From assembly GCA_016699105.1 (NCBI GenBank), contig CP064960.1:392727-456726 (forward strand): 64,000 bases of DNA, read 5' to 3'. The notes under the pieces were generated by a model. The model was given only the letters and a program-made list of their open reading frames with translations, ran no database searches and was not told the DNA's origin. Shown here piece after piece: positions 20,452-31,799 of this stretch. The first letter of the stretch is position 1; each line of letters opens with the position of its first letter. Origin of the DNA: a bacterium (GTDB lineage: Bacteria; Patescibacteriota; Saccharimonadia; UBA4664). The position numbers and the translations under genes are program-made.

Positions 20452-21549
20452 TTAGACGTTAAAACGGAATTCTACGACGTCACCATCGGCCATAATATAA
20501 TCTTTGCCCTCAAGTCTGACTTTGCCTGCAGCCTTGGCGGTGACATGTGAGCCAGCGGCAACCAGATCTTGATAACTAACGACTTCGGCTTTGATAAAGC
20601 CTTTTTCAAAATCGGTATGAATTACGCCAGCAGCTTGTGGTGCAGAAGCTCCACGGGGAATCGTCCATGCGCGAGTTTCGGTCGGACCAGTCGTGAGGTA
20701 GGTTTGCAAGCCGAGGATGTCAAAACCAATGACGGCAAGTTGGTCGAGTCCGCTTTGATTTTGACCCAGAGATGCCAGTAATTCGGCAGCTTCTGTAGCT
20801 GGCAAATCCATCAGTTCACTTTCAACTTGGGCGCACAAAAACACTGCATGAAAGGGTTTTACAGATTCACGTAAGCGATCTTGAACAGCTTGGTTGTTCA
20901 AATCATCCTCATCCAGGTTGAATACAAAAATGAAAGGTTTTGCCGTAAGTAGTTGCAGGTCTGCAAGGAGCGAGAGATCGATATTTGATCCATATTCTTG
21001 GGCGGCTGCGGACACTAAATGGCCGCGGCCAAGGGCGTCCCGGACTGCCAGTAATGTTTGTTGCAGAGCTTGCCCAGTAGGGCTCAAACCTCTTTTGGAT
21101 TCTTGTTCGAGTTTTGCTAATCGCTGATCGACAGTAGTAATATCGGCCATGATGAGCTCGGTGTTGATGGTTTCAATGTCCCTGGCGGGGTCGGGGGAAC
21201 CATCAATATGGATGACGTCTTTGGAAGAAAATGCCCGTACAACCTGAACGATTGCGCTCGTTTCCCGAATATGGCTCAAGAACTTATTACCAAGTCCTTC
21301 GCCAGTGCTGGCGCCGCGGACGAGTCCGGCAATATCGACAAATGTCACCAGAGCAGGCGAAATCTTGGCGCTATTCGACAGCTTGGATAATACTTCTAAT
21401 CGAGAATCCGGCAGTGCTACCACGCCCACATTTGGTTCAATGGTGGCAAAGGGATAATTGGCGGCTAAGGCATGGTTGTGCGTTAGTGCATTGAAAAGAG
21501 TAGATTTGCCGACATTTGGTAGACCAACGATACCGATAGAGAGACTCAT
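20452..21549 (-). CDS. ychF: ribosome-binding ATPase YchF
   Basis: GIVGLPNVGKSTLFNALT, NYPFATIEPN, and a TGS C-terminus; 365 aa. Confidence 0.9.
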   Translation of the reverse strand: MSLSIGIVGLPNVGKSTLFNALTHNHALAANYPFATIEPNVGVVALPDSRLEVLSKLSNSAKISPALVTFVDIAGLVRGASTGEGLGNKFLSHIRETSAIVQVVRAFSSKDVIHIDGSPDPARDIETINTELIMADITTVDQRLAKLEQESKRGLSPTGQALQQTLLAVRDALGRGHLVSAAAQEYGSNIDLSLLADLQLLTAKPFIFVFNLDEDDLNNQAVQDRLRESVKPFHAVFLCAQVESELMDLPATEAAELLASLGQNQSGLDQLAVIGFDILGLQTYLTTGPTETRAWTIPRGASAPQAAGVIHTDFEKGFIKAEVVSYQDLVAAGSHVTAKAAGKVRLEGKDYIMADGDVVEFRFNV

Positions 21550-21631
21550 ATCTAAAGATTTTACTTAAATATGGAGTTTATATCCAGTTTTTACTGATAA
21601 AGTTGCGACGAAAGAGTCTGACAAGGTATAC

Positions 21632-22183
21632 TTGCACCAAATAAGCGTAAGTGGATTAATGCCTCAAGTACTACATAAGCATGTTGCGTCGAATCGCGGA
21701 AAATGGGTGATCATAGCGCTGGCTGCCGCTTTCGTAGTTGGCATACTGGCCGGTGTAATCTGGCTGTCCTTGCGTTCTGCTGATAGTCGAGATTTTGAAG
21801 CGGCGAAGCAACGACTTGATCAAGCGCGGGCAAGTCGCAGTTTTGAGATCGGTGTTTATGCTATGGACGGATACATCAACGGTGGATGGTATAGGACTCA
21901 TCGCTATGAAGCCTATTTGCTTAAAGGTTCGATGTTTGAAATGCAGAAAGACTATTCACAAGCCCTACTGGCTTATCGAGAAGCGGAGAGGTATGACTCT
22001 GAAGCTCAAGGTGCTGAATATGAGGCAATTGCGCGCGTTTCTGAGCAAAACGGAGACACATCGACAGCAATTGCTTATTATCAGAAGACTCTTGATAGGG
22101 TGCCAGACAATGCACCTGCTGCTACTGCAACTAGAAATTGGTATAAGGCGAAAATTCAGAAGCTTCAGGAGTCTAAACCTTGA
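21632..22183 (+). CDS. hypothetical membrane-anchored TPR-like protein
   Basis: An N-terminal TM segment followed by TPR-like helices (AYLLKGSMFEMQKDYSQALLAYREAERY..AIAYYQKTLD). Confidence 0.35.
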   Translation: MHQISVSGLMPQVLHKHVASNRGKWVIIALAAAFVVGILAGVIWLSLRSADSRDFEAAKQRLDQARASRSFEIGVYAMDGYINGGWYRTHRYEAYLLKGSMFEMQKDYSQALLAYREAERYDSEAQGAEYEAIARVSEQNGDTSTAIAYYQKTLDRVPDNAPAATATRNWYKAKIQKLQESKP

Positions 22184-24082
22184 ATCATCGACGGCATTTA
22201 GTAATAGCTTTAGCGATATGGATGCTGGGGTGGTTCGCAAGTTTGGTGTGGTCGGCACCGGAAGTGCGGGCGGATACATATGGAGTCGTTGGTACCAATG
22301 GTTACTATGATGGCGTTTGGCATGACGTGCCCTATTTAGCATGGATGGTGATGAGTGGTCTTCCAAGTGATTGGGATACACCCAGCTATGTTGCCGATAC
22401 TACGACCGTGGATGAATTCGTGACCGCGATACACGATGCACTCTATGATGATACGAACGTTCAGGGAATAAACGGCCGAGTGTCAATTATTGTCAATACT
22501 ATGATGGGTGTTCGGACTGACGATCCAAGGCTCGGGCCACCGAGCCCAACCCGTTGGCAGACTGGTATCTTGCTGGCGCGATCGCTCTACAGTCAATGGG
22601 AAACAACGGTGCGAGCCTATGCTTCTGGCGCTATACCAGGTGCTTCGGTGAACTTTGATGAAATGATTTTTATCCTGCGGGTACGATTAATGGTTTTGGT
22701 GTCTATGACGACTGGAGTGGTATTACCGGCTTGCCTGATGCAACTTTTTCGCCCGAAGTAGCAGATAGCTTGGAGGAATTTATTGTATTTCACCATCCCG
22801 ATGGCACGACTTATTCTATCAAGAAGAAATGTGGCAATATGACTGGTGATCAAACATCTTTCCTAATTCTGTATTGGCAAGCGTGAGTATTGCTGCTGGC
22901 CCAGCGCTGAGCGTTAGTCCTGGAGACTTCGTGGACATGAATATTACACTTACTAATAACTCTGCACTGGCAGCTTCTTTGCCTGGAAAAGTAGAAGCCT
23001 ATCGACCTACTGACGTGAATGTGCCATGCGCTGGTAATCCTTGTGCTCCTGCCAACCAAAATGACTTTGGTGGTTTAACTGCACGTAGGGGATACGCGAC
23101 GGCATCAACGCTTGTATCACCATATAGTGGCGGAAATTGGTTCTGGAATACGAACTCATTACCTGGGGGGGCTGTGACGACGGCGTCTTTTCGTTTCCAA
23201 GTAGCGGCGGCAGCTTCGGGCAACTTCTCATTTCCGGTTTGTTTTGGTCCAGCTGATGCATTAAATACAGTAGTATGTACGACTGTAAACTACACAGTCG
23301 TCTCTCCACGTTATCCTGGTATTTCGGCTCAAAATGGTGATGTATATGCTGGTGGGGGAGTGTGTGGCGGGGTTATGTCACTAGCGAGCCCAATAACGGG
23401 CAATATCATTGCTGGCTCATATGCTGACTATGTGGTGGCAGCTTCGGGCTCGATTAATCACTTTAGTTCAAATCGTGGATCCAACACCTTAAATCTCGGT
23501 AGTGCCGGTGGGTATGCCACATTGTGCCGCCCCGACTTACTGACGGCTGCCAATGCCTATACGGGACCTCGTGGGCCAGACATTGCCGGACCAAGTTTTA
23601 GTGTGACCGGCAAAGGGGGAGTGTACTACTACAACGGAGCTGGAACCTTACAATTATCAGGCACCATATCGTCTAACCTGACTATTGTAGCCCCGAATGG
23701 ATCAATCCTCATAAACGGAGCGATTCAAACTGACACAGGAGGATTTGCTGCTCGTTCGCTTCCAGGACTGGGTATCATTGCCCGAGGAGACATTTCGATA
23801 GCTGCCGGTGTGACACGGGTGGATGCCTATTTGTTCTCATCTCAGGGCCGGATTGATACATGTATCGACCACTCAGCTGCTTGCGCCAATGTCTTGACGG
23901 TAAATGGCTTCCTCATGGCTCGGCAAATGAGTTTCTCACGACTGGGTGTTGGTAGCGGCGGTGTCATTGCCGAACGAATACTCTTAAGCCCCCAGATCTA
24001 CTTGAACCCACCAGCCTTATTTAGCTCCAGTGTGGCAACTATCCAGCTGAGTGGCCAAGGGGAAAAACAACCGTTGTTCTAG
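22180..24082 (+). CDS. large secreted/surface protein (signal peptide; Gly/Ala/Thr-rich beta-rich C-terminus), probably one gene split by two frameshifts (about 22655 and about 22870)
   Basis: An N-terminal signal/TM. A bridging frame reads NDFYPAGTINGFGVYDDWSGITGLPDATFSPEVADSLEEFIVFHHPDGTTYSIKKKCGNMTGDQTSFLILYWQA and then continues into ...SVSIAAGPALSVSPGDFVDMNITLTNN... Confidence 0.4.
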
Positions 24083-24165
24083 TAGGTAATAGGTATGAGG
24101 AGATGTGCTGAGGTGAGTATAAAAAAGTCTGTCGTTTCTAAAGTGGTTATGGTAAGCTAGCGGCA

Positions 24166-25206
24166 ATGGGACTATTTGTAAAAGAGACAGATTTTTTCGG
24201 ACTTGATGTCGGTTCAACGGCTGTGAGATTGGTGCAATTGCGCCGAAATGGCGTGCATCCAGCTTTGGTAGCTTATGGGGCGTTACCCGTTCCGGCGAAC
24301 TTGGCGTTAAGTGATGCTAAGACAGACCAAGACCGCGTCAGCCAGCTGGTCGCCCAACTAGTACGCGAGAACCGGGTACCGGCTAAAGAAGTAGTGGTGG
24401 GGCTGCCCGGTAGTAAGGTGTTTACCACTGTCATTACCACACCCAAGCTCGATGCGGCGCAGCTAGCTAAGGCAATTCGATACCAAGCTGAGCAATATAT
24501 TCCGATGGCGATTGACCAGGTCAAACTAGATTGGGCAGTGGTAGACGAAACCAAAGATGGCAAGCAACTTGAAGTTTTACTCACAGCTGCCCCTGTATCA
24601 GTAGTCGAAAAATACGTACAACTGTTGGAAAATGCTGGGCTTGAACCGCTAGCCTTGGAAACGAATGCTATGGCTACAGCCCGGGCGCTCGTACCAGTTA
24701 GCCCTAGTGGTGTAATGGTCTTAGATCTAGGTTCGCTCGACAGCGACGTATCGATTGTGCTCAACAACACCCCACGGCTTATTCGAAGTGTTCCTGTCGG
24801 TGGTCTGACATTTGTGCGCACAGTGGCACAAACTTTGGGATTGAATGAAACCCAAGCCACTCAATTTACGTACAAATTTGGATTGACCCAGTCGAAGCTC
24901 GAAGGTCAGGTATACAAAGCCATCAAACCAACGCTCGATAGTATGGTAGTAGAAATTGAAAAATCGTCGAAGTACTTTTTGGGTCGATACCCGGAAGCCA
25001 AGTTGGAGAAGTTGGTCGTAACTGGAGCAGCATCAAGCTTGCCAGAATTGGGACCATTCTTGGCCAATTCAACCGGGTTGCCGGTAGAGTTTGGCAATGC
25101 TTGGATCAATACTTCGTATCCATCGGGGCTACAAGATAAATTGATGGCGTTGTCGTCGGAATACGCAACGGCAGTGGGGCTTGCAGCCCGAGGGATGGTG
25201 GCATAA
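24166..25206 (+). CDS. pilM: type IV pilus assembly protein PilM
   Basis: Actin-like ATPase fold. FGLDVGSTAVRLVQL N-terminus. Its position before pilN. Confidence 0.85.
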   Translation: MGLFVKETDFFGLDVGSTAVRLVQLRRNGVHPALVAYGALPVPANLALSDAKTDQDRVSQLVAQLVRENRVPAKEVVVGLPGSKVFTTVITTPKLDAAQLAKAIRYQAEQYIPMAIDQVKLDWAVVDETKDGKQLEVLLTAAPVSVVEKYVQLLENAGLEPLALETNAMATARALVPVSPSGVMVLDLGSLDSDVSIVLNNTPRLIRSVPVGGLTFVRTVAQTLGLNETQATQFTYKFGLTQSKLEGQVYKAIKPTLDSMVVEIEKSSKYFLGRYPEAKLEKLVVTGAASSLPELGPFLANSTGLPVEFGNAWINTSYPSGLQDKLMALSSEYATAVGLAARGMVA

Positions 25207-25790
25207 TGGGCGTACTAATCAATCTCTTACCAGATTTTAAACAAGCTAAGCAACGAGAATCGCGCCGACGCCAATTGGCTGTAGCTGCATCATTTGCCGT
25301 CTGGGTGGTCTGCGGAGTCGTAGTATTGTTAATGTTCTTGTATTCAGCTGGCCAAGGAGTGCGCATTACGGTACTCAATCGTCAGATCCAAGAGAATACC
25401 AAGTCGCTTGAGGGCACTCAAGGTTTGATGGACGCCTTAAATGCCCAGCAGCATTTAGCTTCGTTGGGATCTCTCTATTCGAACCGCATACTATTCACGA
25501 AGTTTTTTGAAGCGTACGTGGCGGCCAGTCCGACCGATGTAACGATTGACGCCATAACGGTAAATGACCAAAACGTACTGGTAGTCACAGGTAACGCTAA
25601 AAACTTTGCGGCGGTTGCCAAGCTACAGCGAGCTATGAGCCGGGGTAACAAAACTGGTATCAACAAAGACGTACCAACGAGCGGTTACTTTAGCTCAGTG
25701 AACATTCCAACGGCCAACAATTCCGGTAACAAGGGTATTACGTTCATGATCAACGCAAGTGTTTCCCAGGAGGTGCTCAGTGGCAACTAG
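25206..25790 (+). CDS. pilN: type IV pilus assembly protein PilN
   Basis: N-terminal INLLP motif, a single TM, and a periplasmic domain. Confidence 0.7.
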   Translation: MGVLINLLPDFKQAKQRESRRRQLAVAASFAVWVVCGVVVLLMFLYSAGQGVRITVLNRQIQENTKSLEGTQGLMDALNAQQHLASLGSLYSNRILFTKFFEAYVAASPTDVTIDAITVNDQNVLVVTGNAKNFAAVAKLQRAMSRGNKTGINKDVPTSGYFSSVNIPTANNSGNKGITFMINASVSQEVLSGN

Positions 25791-26421
25791 AAAACAAGCT
25801 GAAGCAGCGCTGGCCGGCAACAATCTCATTATTGCCTTAGTGGTGGTATCGTTCATAGTGGTGGCTCTGACGGCGCTGGCTGGTAAAGCCCTCTGGACTC
25901 GAATTTCCTTGGACCAAAAAGTAGTGAGTGCCAAAGATGAGGCAGCCACTACACTCAAGCAAAACGTCGCAAATGCCCCTTCACTGGTAGCAGCCTACAG
26001 TCAATTGGGTGACCTCCAACGGGTAGTGAGTGACGCTCTGCCAAACGAACGTGATTCAGCATCAATGCTGGCAACAGTTGAAAATATGGGTGGCCAGTCG
26101 GGCGTGACAATTCGCTCAGTAGTTCCTGGAAACGGCATGATTGCTAGTGGAGCGACGTCGCCGGCAGTAACTACAACTACAACTTCGAGTACACCGGCAT
26201 TAATGCCGGCACCACAGCCGACCAAGTTTACCGTATCAATCGAAGGTACTTTCGACTCGACCGTCCGATTCCTCAAAGCGGTAGAGACATCAGCCCGACC
26301 GATGAAAGTGACCAATTTACAGATAAGTGGCAACAAGACATTGACCAGCCAATTGGAAATCACGACCTATTACCAGGAAAAGACGACCAAGTTGCCAATT
26401 GTAACGGAGACCATTAAGTAA
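25759..26421 (+). CDS. pilO: type IV pilus assembly protein PilO-like
   Basis: Single TM, coiled-coil, and its position in a pilMNO arrangement. Confidence 0.6.
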   Translation: MFPRRCSVATRKQAEAALAGNNLIIALVVVSFIVVALTALAGKALWTRISLDQKVVSAKDEAATTLKQNVANAPSLVAAYSQLGDLQRVVSDALPNERDSASMLATVENMGGQSGVTIRSVVPGNGMIASGATSPAVTTTTTSSTPALMPAPQPTKFTVSIEGTFDSTVRFLKAVETSARPMKVTNLQISGNKTLTSQLEITTYYQEKTTKLPIVTETIK

Positions 26422-26684
26422 TGAAGCGACGAGACTTAGTCTATCTCTTATTGGCGGCTACAATCTTCATCATTGCTGGATATGTAGCTTATACGCAACT
26501 CAACCCTAATCAGACAACTAAGAAAGACGGTGTAGACGTTGAACGCGTCGGTCAAATACCGGCAACTCTAGACGGAACAGGATTGCAGGCTCTCCAAGGT
26601 AAAGACGGGAATCACAAAACCCAAGACTATAATCCGGTCGTGGAATTGTCGGGATTGGGCAACAAAGCACCGTTTGGTCAGTGA
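26421..26684 (+). CDS. small membrane protein in the pilus operon
   Basis: 87 aa with an N-terminal TM. It overlaps the pilO stop (ATGA-type coupling). Confidence 0.35.
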   Translation: MKRRDLVYLLLAATIFIIAGYVAYTQLNPNQTTKKDGVDVERVGQIPATLDGTGLQALQGKDGNHKTQDYNPVVELSGLGNKAPFGQ

Positions 26685-26703
26685 GGTTAGCTGATGCTAT
26701 CCG

Positions 26704-28463
26704 TTGAGGGTCAAAAAGATTGAGCAGTTGCTGCTTGAGGGCAACTATTTATTGGCCGAAAAGCTTGATGCTATGCGGGTTGAGGCCGAAAAAGCCCACA
26801 AACCGTTAATTGCCTATATTGCAGAACAGGGGATTGTCAAAGAGGAAGACCTGACAAGACTGTCAGCCGTGGCTATGGGTGTGCCCTACGTTAATCTGAT
26901 GAATATGACTGTGCCGGACGAAGTGACCAAAATGTTGCCTCGATCGACGGCTGAAACGTATATGGCGGTTCCGTTTGGTATGCAGCAAGGAAAACTAGCT
27001 GTAGCGATGCTTGATCCGACAAATATCCAGGCGGTGGATTTTTTGAGCCGTAAAGTCGGTAGTACCGTGACAGTGTACCTGGCGTCCCGGGCATCTATTG
27101 ACCGCGTTTTGGGACAGTTTCACAGTGATGTGGCAGCTGATGTGGCTTCGGCGATTGATGTGGCACGGGTGGACGATCACCCCAGGTTACAGTCAAAGAT
27201 GCGAAATCGATGCAAAATTTGGTTCAGGATGCGCCTATTACCCGGGCACTCAATGCCATTTTAGACTACGCTGCCCAGAGCCGGGCATCAGACATTCATA
27301 TCGAACCGCGCGAAAAAGAACTGAAGATTCGTTATCGGGTGGACGGAATTTTACAAGAAACGATGACGCTGCCAAAAGGTATAGAGCCGGCATTAATTTC
27401 CCGTATCAAAATTTTGAGTAACTTACGGATTGATGAACACCGGGTGCCCCAAGATGGTCAGTTCCAGATAAGTTCGAGTGGCAAAGAGATCGATCTACGT
27501 ATCGCGATTTCGCCAGTCGTGTGGGGCGAGCAAGTAGTTATTCGGTTGCTCGAGAAGGACTCGAGCATCATGACGCTTGAAGCGCTGGGCTTTCATGGCC
27601 GGGCGTTACGCGTGATTTCGGACGGTATTCATCGCCCGCATGGTATGACGCTTTCGACGGGTCCGACTGGTTCCGGTAAGAGTACGACGCTGTATGCCAT
27701 CGTGCAGGCGCTTAAAGACGTAGCTATCAATATTGTGACACTGGAAGATCCGGTTGAGTATAAGATGGATGGAATCAACCAGATTCAGGTGAATGCTGAT
27801 GTCGGTTTGACGTTTGCTAGCGGACTCAGAAGTATCTTGCGTCAAGACCCCAACGTGGTACTAGTAGGGAGATTCGTGATAAGGAGACGGCTGATCTGGC
27901 CGTCCAAGCGGCGCTCACAGGTCACGTGGTCCTGAGTACAATTCACACTAATAGTGCGGCCGGTGTATTGCCCCGCTTGCTCGACATGGGAATAGAGCCT
28001 TTCTTGATCGCAAGTACCATCAATACGGTACATCGGCCAACGGTTGGTGCGCCGGTTGTGCGAAAAGTGCAAAACGCCTTTTGAAACGAGCCCAATCGAG
28101 ACCAAAACAGTACTCACTACGTTGGCAGGTGTCTTGCCGAAGACTGAAGACGATGTCAAGAAAGCCAAAGAAGACATTGGCTATGATATTCTGCCGATGG
28201 CAGGCAGGGAATCGTATACCATGTACAAAGCCGTCGGCTGTAAAGCCTGTTCGAAAGGCTACAAAGGGCGAATTGGTATCTACGAGGTATTTGCCATTAC
28301 GACTGACATGGAGAAAATGTTGAGCCAACATGCCACGACCACTGATGTGCAAAATCAAGCTCAAAAAGACGGCATGATCACTATGAAACAGGATGGCTAT
28401 CTCAAGGCGCTCAGTGGTTTGACGACACTGGAAGAAGTAGCCCGCGTAGCTGCTGACTTCTAG
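26704..28463 (+). CDS. pilB: type IV pilus assembly ATPase PilB (GspE family), split into three ORFs by frameshifts (about 27230 and about 27870-28040)
   Basis: GspE N-terminal domain; Walker [14 protein letters not shown]; Asp box; His box ([14 protein letters not shown]); C-terminal tetracysteine CEKC...CKAC. Confidence 0.85.
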
Positions 28464-28519
28464 AGCTTGTTAATCTCATACCCCTTGTGCTTTAATAGAT
28501 GTAACTTTTGAGGTGACGA

Positions 28520-29590
28520 GTGGAAAAAACTGCGTTAAAAATTGAGCTGCTACTAGAACAAGTGATTCGGGCTGACGCCTCCGACTTGCACTTGCAAGTG
28601 GGTTTGGCACCGATGTTACGGGTAGATGGATCATTACGGCCTGTGCCGGATACGCCGGTACTAACCCCGGACGATGTCGAGAAATTGGTCTTTTCGATTC
28701 TTGATGATGACCAAAAAGAGATTTTGATCAAAGACAAAGAAGTCGATTTCTCATTTTCGTTTGGCAATTATGGTCGTTTCCGGGTAAACGCATTTCACGA
28801 GCGTGGTAATGTTGCGGCGGCGCTGCGGTTAATCCCGAGTAAAATCCGGACGTTAGAAGATCTGCAGATGCCCAAAGTGCTATCCAAGTTTACAGAGTTT
28901 CCTCGTGGCCTGGTACTGGTTACCGGACCGACTGGTTCCGGAAAAAGCACAACCTTGGCCGCGATGGTCGACAAGATCAATACTGAACGGGCGTGCCACA
29001 TTGTCACCATTGAGGACCCAATCGAGTATGCTCACAATTCCAAGAAGTCGATTGTGGTTCAACGTGAAATTCACTACGACACCTATAGTTTCGCGGCCGC
29101 CTTGCGCTCAAGTTTGCGCCAAGATCCAGACGTTGTACTCATCGGTGAAATGCGAGATCTTGAGACCATATCAGCAGCCGTTACTATCGCTGAAACCGGC
29201 CACTTAGTACTGGCAACCCTGCATACTAATAATGCCGCTCAGTCTATTGACCGTATGATTGACGTCTTCCCCCCACACCAACAACAACAGATCAGAGTTC
29301 AGATTTCGGGTATGTTGCAAGGAATCTGTAGCCAAAGATTGGTACCAGGGATAGGCGGTGGCCGGGTCGTGGCAACTGAAATTCTGGTAGCTACGGGAGC
29401 AGTCCGAAACATTATCCGTGAAGGTAAGACACATCAGCTGGACGCCGTAATTCAGACGGGCGCCGAGCACGGTATGCAAAGCATGGATCATACACTCGTA
29501 GCGTTGATACAGCAGGGTAAAATCACCTATGATGAAGCCAAGAACTTTGCGGTCGATTTGCAAGAACTTGAACGATTGATGAGGGGCTAA
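28520..29590 (+). CDS. pilT: twitching motility ATPase PilT
   Basis: [30 protein letters not shown], and GHLVLATLHTNNAAQSIDR; 356 aa. Confidence 0.9.
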   Translation: MEKTALKIELLLEQVIRADASDLHLQVGLAPMLRVDGSLRPVPDTPVLTPDDVEKLVFSILDDDQKEILIKDKEVDFSFSFGNYGRFRVNAFHERGNVAAALRLIPSKIRTLEDLQMPKVLSKFTEFPRGLVLVTGPTGSGKSTTLAAMVDKINTERACHIVTIEDPIEYAHNSKKSIVVQREIHYDTYSFAAALRSSLRQDPDVVLIGEMRDLETISAAVTIAETGHLVLATLHTNNAAQSIDRMIDVFPPHQQQQIRVQISGMLQGICSQRLVPGIGGGRVVATEILVATGAVRNIIREGKTHQLDAVIQTGAEHGMQSMDHTLVALIQQGKITYDEAKNFAVDLQELERLMRG

Positions 29591-29596
29591 CACTCG

Positions 29597-30822
29597 ATGC
29601 GCAGTTTTGTATACACCGCTCACCGGGCCGATGGTGATGAAGTAATTCGGGCTGAGGTTCAGGCAGAATCGGAATCAGCCGCCGCTAAGGTTCTGATGGG
29701 CCAGGGTATGTTCCCGATTTCGATCGAACCCAAAGAGTCGGCTGGATTCCTCAAAAAAGCTGGATTTGGCGGTCGTGTGCCGACCAAAGATAGAATTATC
29801 TTTACCCGACAACTGTCGACACTGATCAACGCTGGTCTACCATTAGGTCAAAGTTTGCGCCCGGTCAGTGAGCAGATCCAGAACAAAAACTTGCGTCAAA
29901 TGGTCATGGAGGTAGTAAGTAGTGTTGAAGGCGGAACAACGCTGAGCCAAGCATTTGGACGCTATCCCAATGTATTTAGTGACGTCTATGTGAGCTTAGT
30001 GGCTGCCGGTGAAGCATCGGGATCGTTAGACAAATCGCTGGAACGCATTGCTAACCAGCAAGAAAAAGACGCTGCAATCTTGAGTAAAGTCCGTAGCGCG
30101 TTAGTCTATCCGGTAATTGTATTGGTAGTTATCGTCGGCGTGCTCGTATTCATGCTGACCACTGTACTTCCACAAGTTGGTGGCTTGTACAAAGATCTTA
30201 ACGCCGAATTGCCGATCATGACCAGAATTTTGCTGGCAATTTCCGGATTTATCGTTCATTTTTGGTATATCTGTATCGTGGCGGTAGTAGCTGGTCTATT
30301 TGGACTCCGCAGCTATGCAAATACTCCCATGGGCCGGTCGAATTTCGACAGAATGAAGCTCCAAATGCCGCTGTTCTCCAAAATATTCCGGAAAGTCTAT
30401 ATGGCCAGGTTTGCCCGCACGCTCAGTACGATGCTGGCTAGCGGTATACCAATGTTGGAAGCCATGCGCATCGTCAAAGAGTCGATCGGAAATGTTCACG
30501 TCGAAAAAGATCTCGAGAAGTCGATTTCAAGCGTCAAGGGAGGCAAGGCGCTATCGTCAACGCTTGAAGGAAAGATACATTCTTACAATTAGTTCCACAG
30601 ATGATCAGGATTGGTGAACAGTCAGGTGCAATCGACTCGATGTTGGACCGGGTAGCCCTTTATTATGAGAGTGAAGTGGACGAAGAAGTGAAAAATCTAT
30701 CGACGACCATTGAACCCTTAATGATGGTGGTACTGGGCATCGTGGTTGGTGGTGTAATCGTGGCAGTACTTTTGCCGGTGTATGGCCTTGTGGGTTCGGG
30801 CGGAGCAAACAAACTCAAGTGA
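29597..30822 (+). CDS. pilC: type IV pilus platform protein PilC (GspF family), with an A-run frameshift at 30571-30573
   Basis: Two T2SS-F domains. After repair it reads ...LEGKDTFLQLVPQMIRIGEQSGAIDSMLDRVALYYE... Confidence 0.85.
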
Positions 30823-31244
30823 TCAAGTGCCAGACAAAACTGACTGGCAATCGAGCCCAGCGCGGGTTTAGTTTGATCGAGATTGTATTAGTATTGGCAG
30901 TAGCTAGTTTACTCCTTATTATCGTATTTTTAGCTGTTCAAGGTGCCCAAAGATCGCGGCGTGATGGCCAGAGACAACAAGATGCTGGCCGAGCACTGGC
31001 TGCGCTGGAACAATGTTCATCGCGAAACGCCGGCTCATATACGACACCAATTGATTGTGCTGCCCGGCTGGTGCCTGATAATTACCTCGAACCGGCAAAT
31101 CAAGTGGGTAGCGCTGCGGACTATGTGGTAATTACTTCAGGTATCCCAGGCTTGGGTGAGATGTTAATTCCAGGCACGTGCGGAGGTACAATTTCGGTAG
31201 CCGTTGGCCAGGAAGCTGGTACTGTTTACTGCGTGCATAATTAG
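30819..31244 (+). CDS. type IV major pilin (prepilin-type N-terminal cleavage/methylation domain)
   Basis: Leader ...RG|FSLIEIVLVLAVASLLL with Glu at +5. The GTG start overlaps the pilC stop. Confidence 0.8.
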   Translation: MIKCQTKLTGNRAQRGFSLIEIVLVLAVASLLLIIVFLAVQGAQRSRRDGQRQQDAGRALAALEQCSSRNAGSYTTPIDCAARLVPDNYLEPANQVGSAADYVVITSGIPGLGEMLIPGTCGGTISVAVGQEAGTVYCVHN

Positions 31245-31335
31245 CATTCGGTATACATAGATTGGCGATTGACCCCGTCAAGCATAAGTGCAATACTACA
31301 AGCTAAGTAACGTTATTAAAGAAAGGTATTTATAG

Positions 31336-31752
31336 GTGAGCAACCTTTTGAAGAAAGAAAAGGGATTTACCCTTATCGAAATCGTCCTGGTGCTCGCGAT
31401 CGCTGGTTTGCTCTTGGTGATCGTGTTCTTAGCTGTTCAGGGTGCCCAACGGTCACGTCGTGACTCGCAACGGCAACAAGATGCAGCGCGTATGTTGTCC
31501 GCAATTGAATCTTGTGCGGCCAACAACGCTGGTTTGTATACAAACTGCCAGAGTACTGCTCAGGTCATCACTGCCAACTACTTCAACCCGGCAACAGCTG
31601 TGGGTGGTGGAACCTACACTATTGGTGCGGCAGCAGCTCAGGCTGTATTTACTGTCACCGTTGGTAACGAATGCAACGGTACTGCTCGGGCTTCGGCTGT
31701 AGCAGTTCGTATCGGCCAAGAGGCTGGTGCAGCTTTCTGTGTAAACAACTAG
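31336..31752 (+). CDS. type IV major pilin, paralog of the pilin at 30819
   Basis: MSNLLKKEKG|FTLIEIVLVLAIAGLLLVIVFLAVQGAQRSRRD. It shares the N-terminal roughly 50 aa with the upstream pilin, but the C-terminus diverges. Confidence 0.85.
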   Translation: MSNLLKKEKGFTLIEIVLVLAIAGLLLVIVFLAVQGAQRSRRDSQRQQDAARMLSAIESCAANNAGLYTNCQSTAQVITANYFNPATAVGGGTYTIGAAAAQAVFTVTVGNECNGTARASAVAVRIGQEAGAAFCVNN

Positions 31753-31772
31753 AAAAGCATAACGTTTGTTAA

Positions 31773-31799
31773 AAAGAGGTCTTCGGGCCTCTTTTTTTG
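31773..31799 (+). terminator. intrinsic terminator after the second pilin gene
   Basis: AAAAAGAGGTC-TTCG-GGCCTCTTTTTTT. Confidence 0.7.
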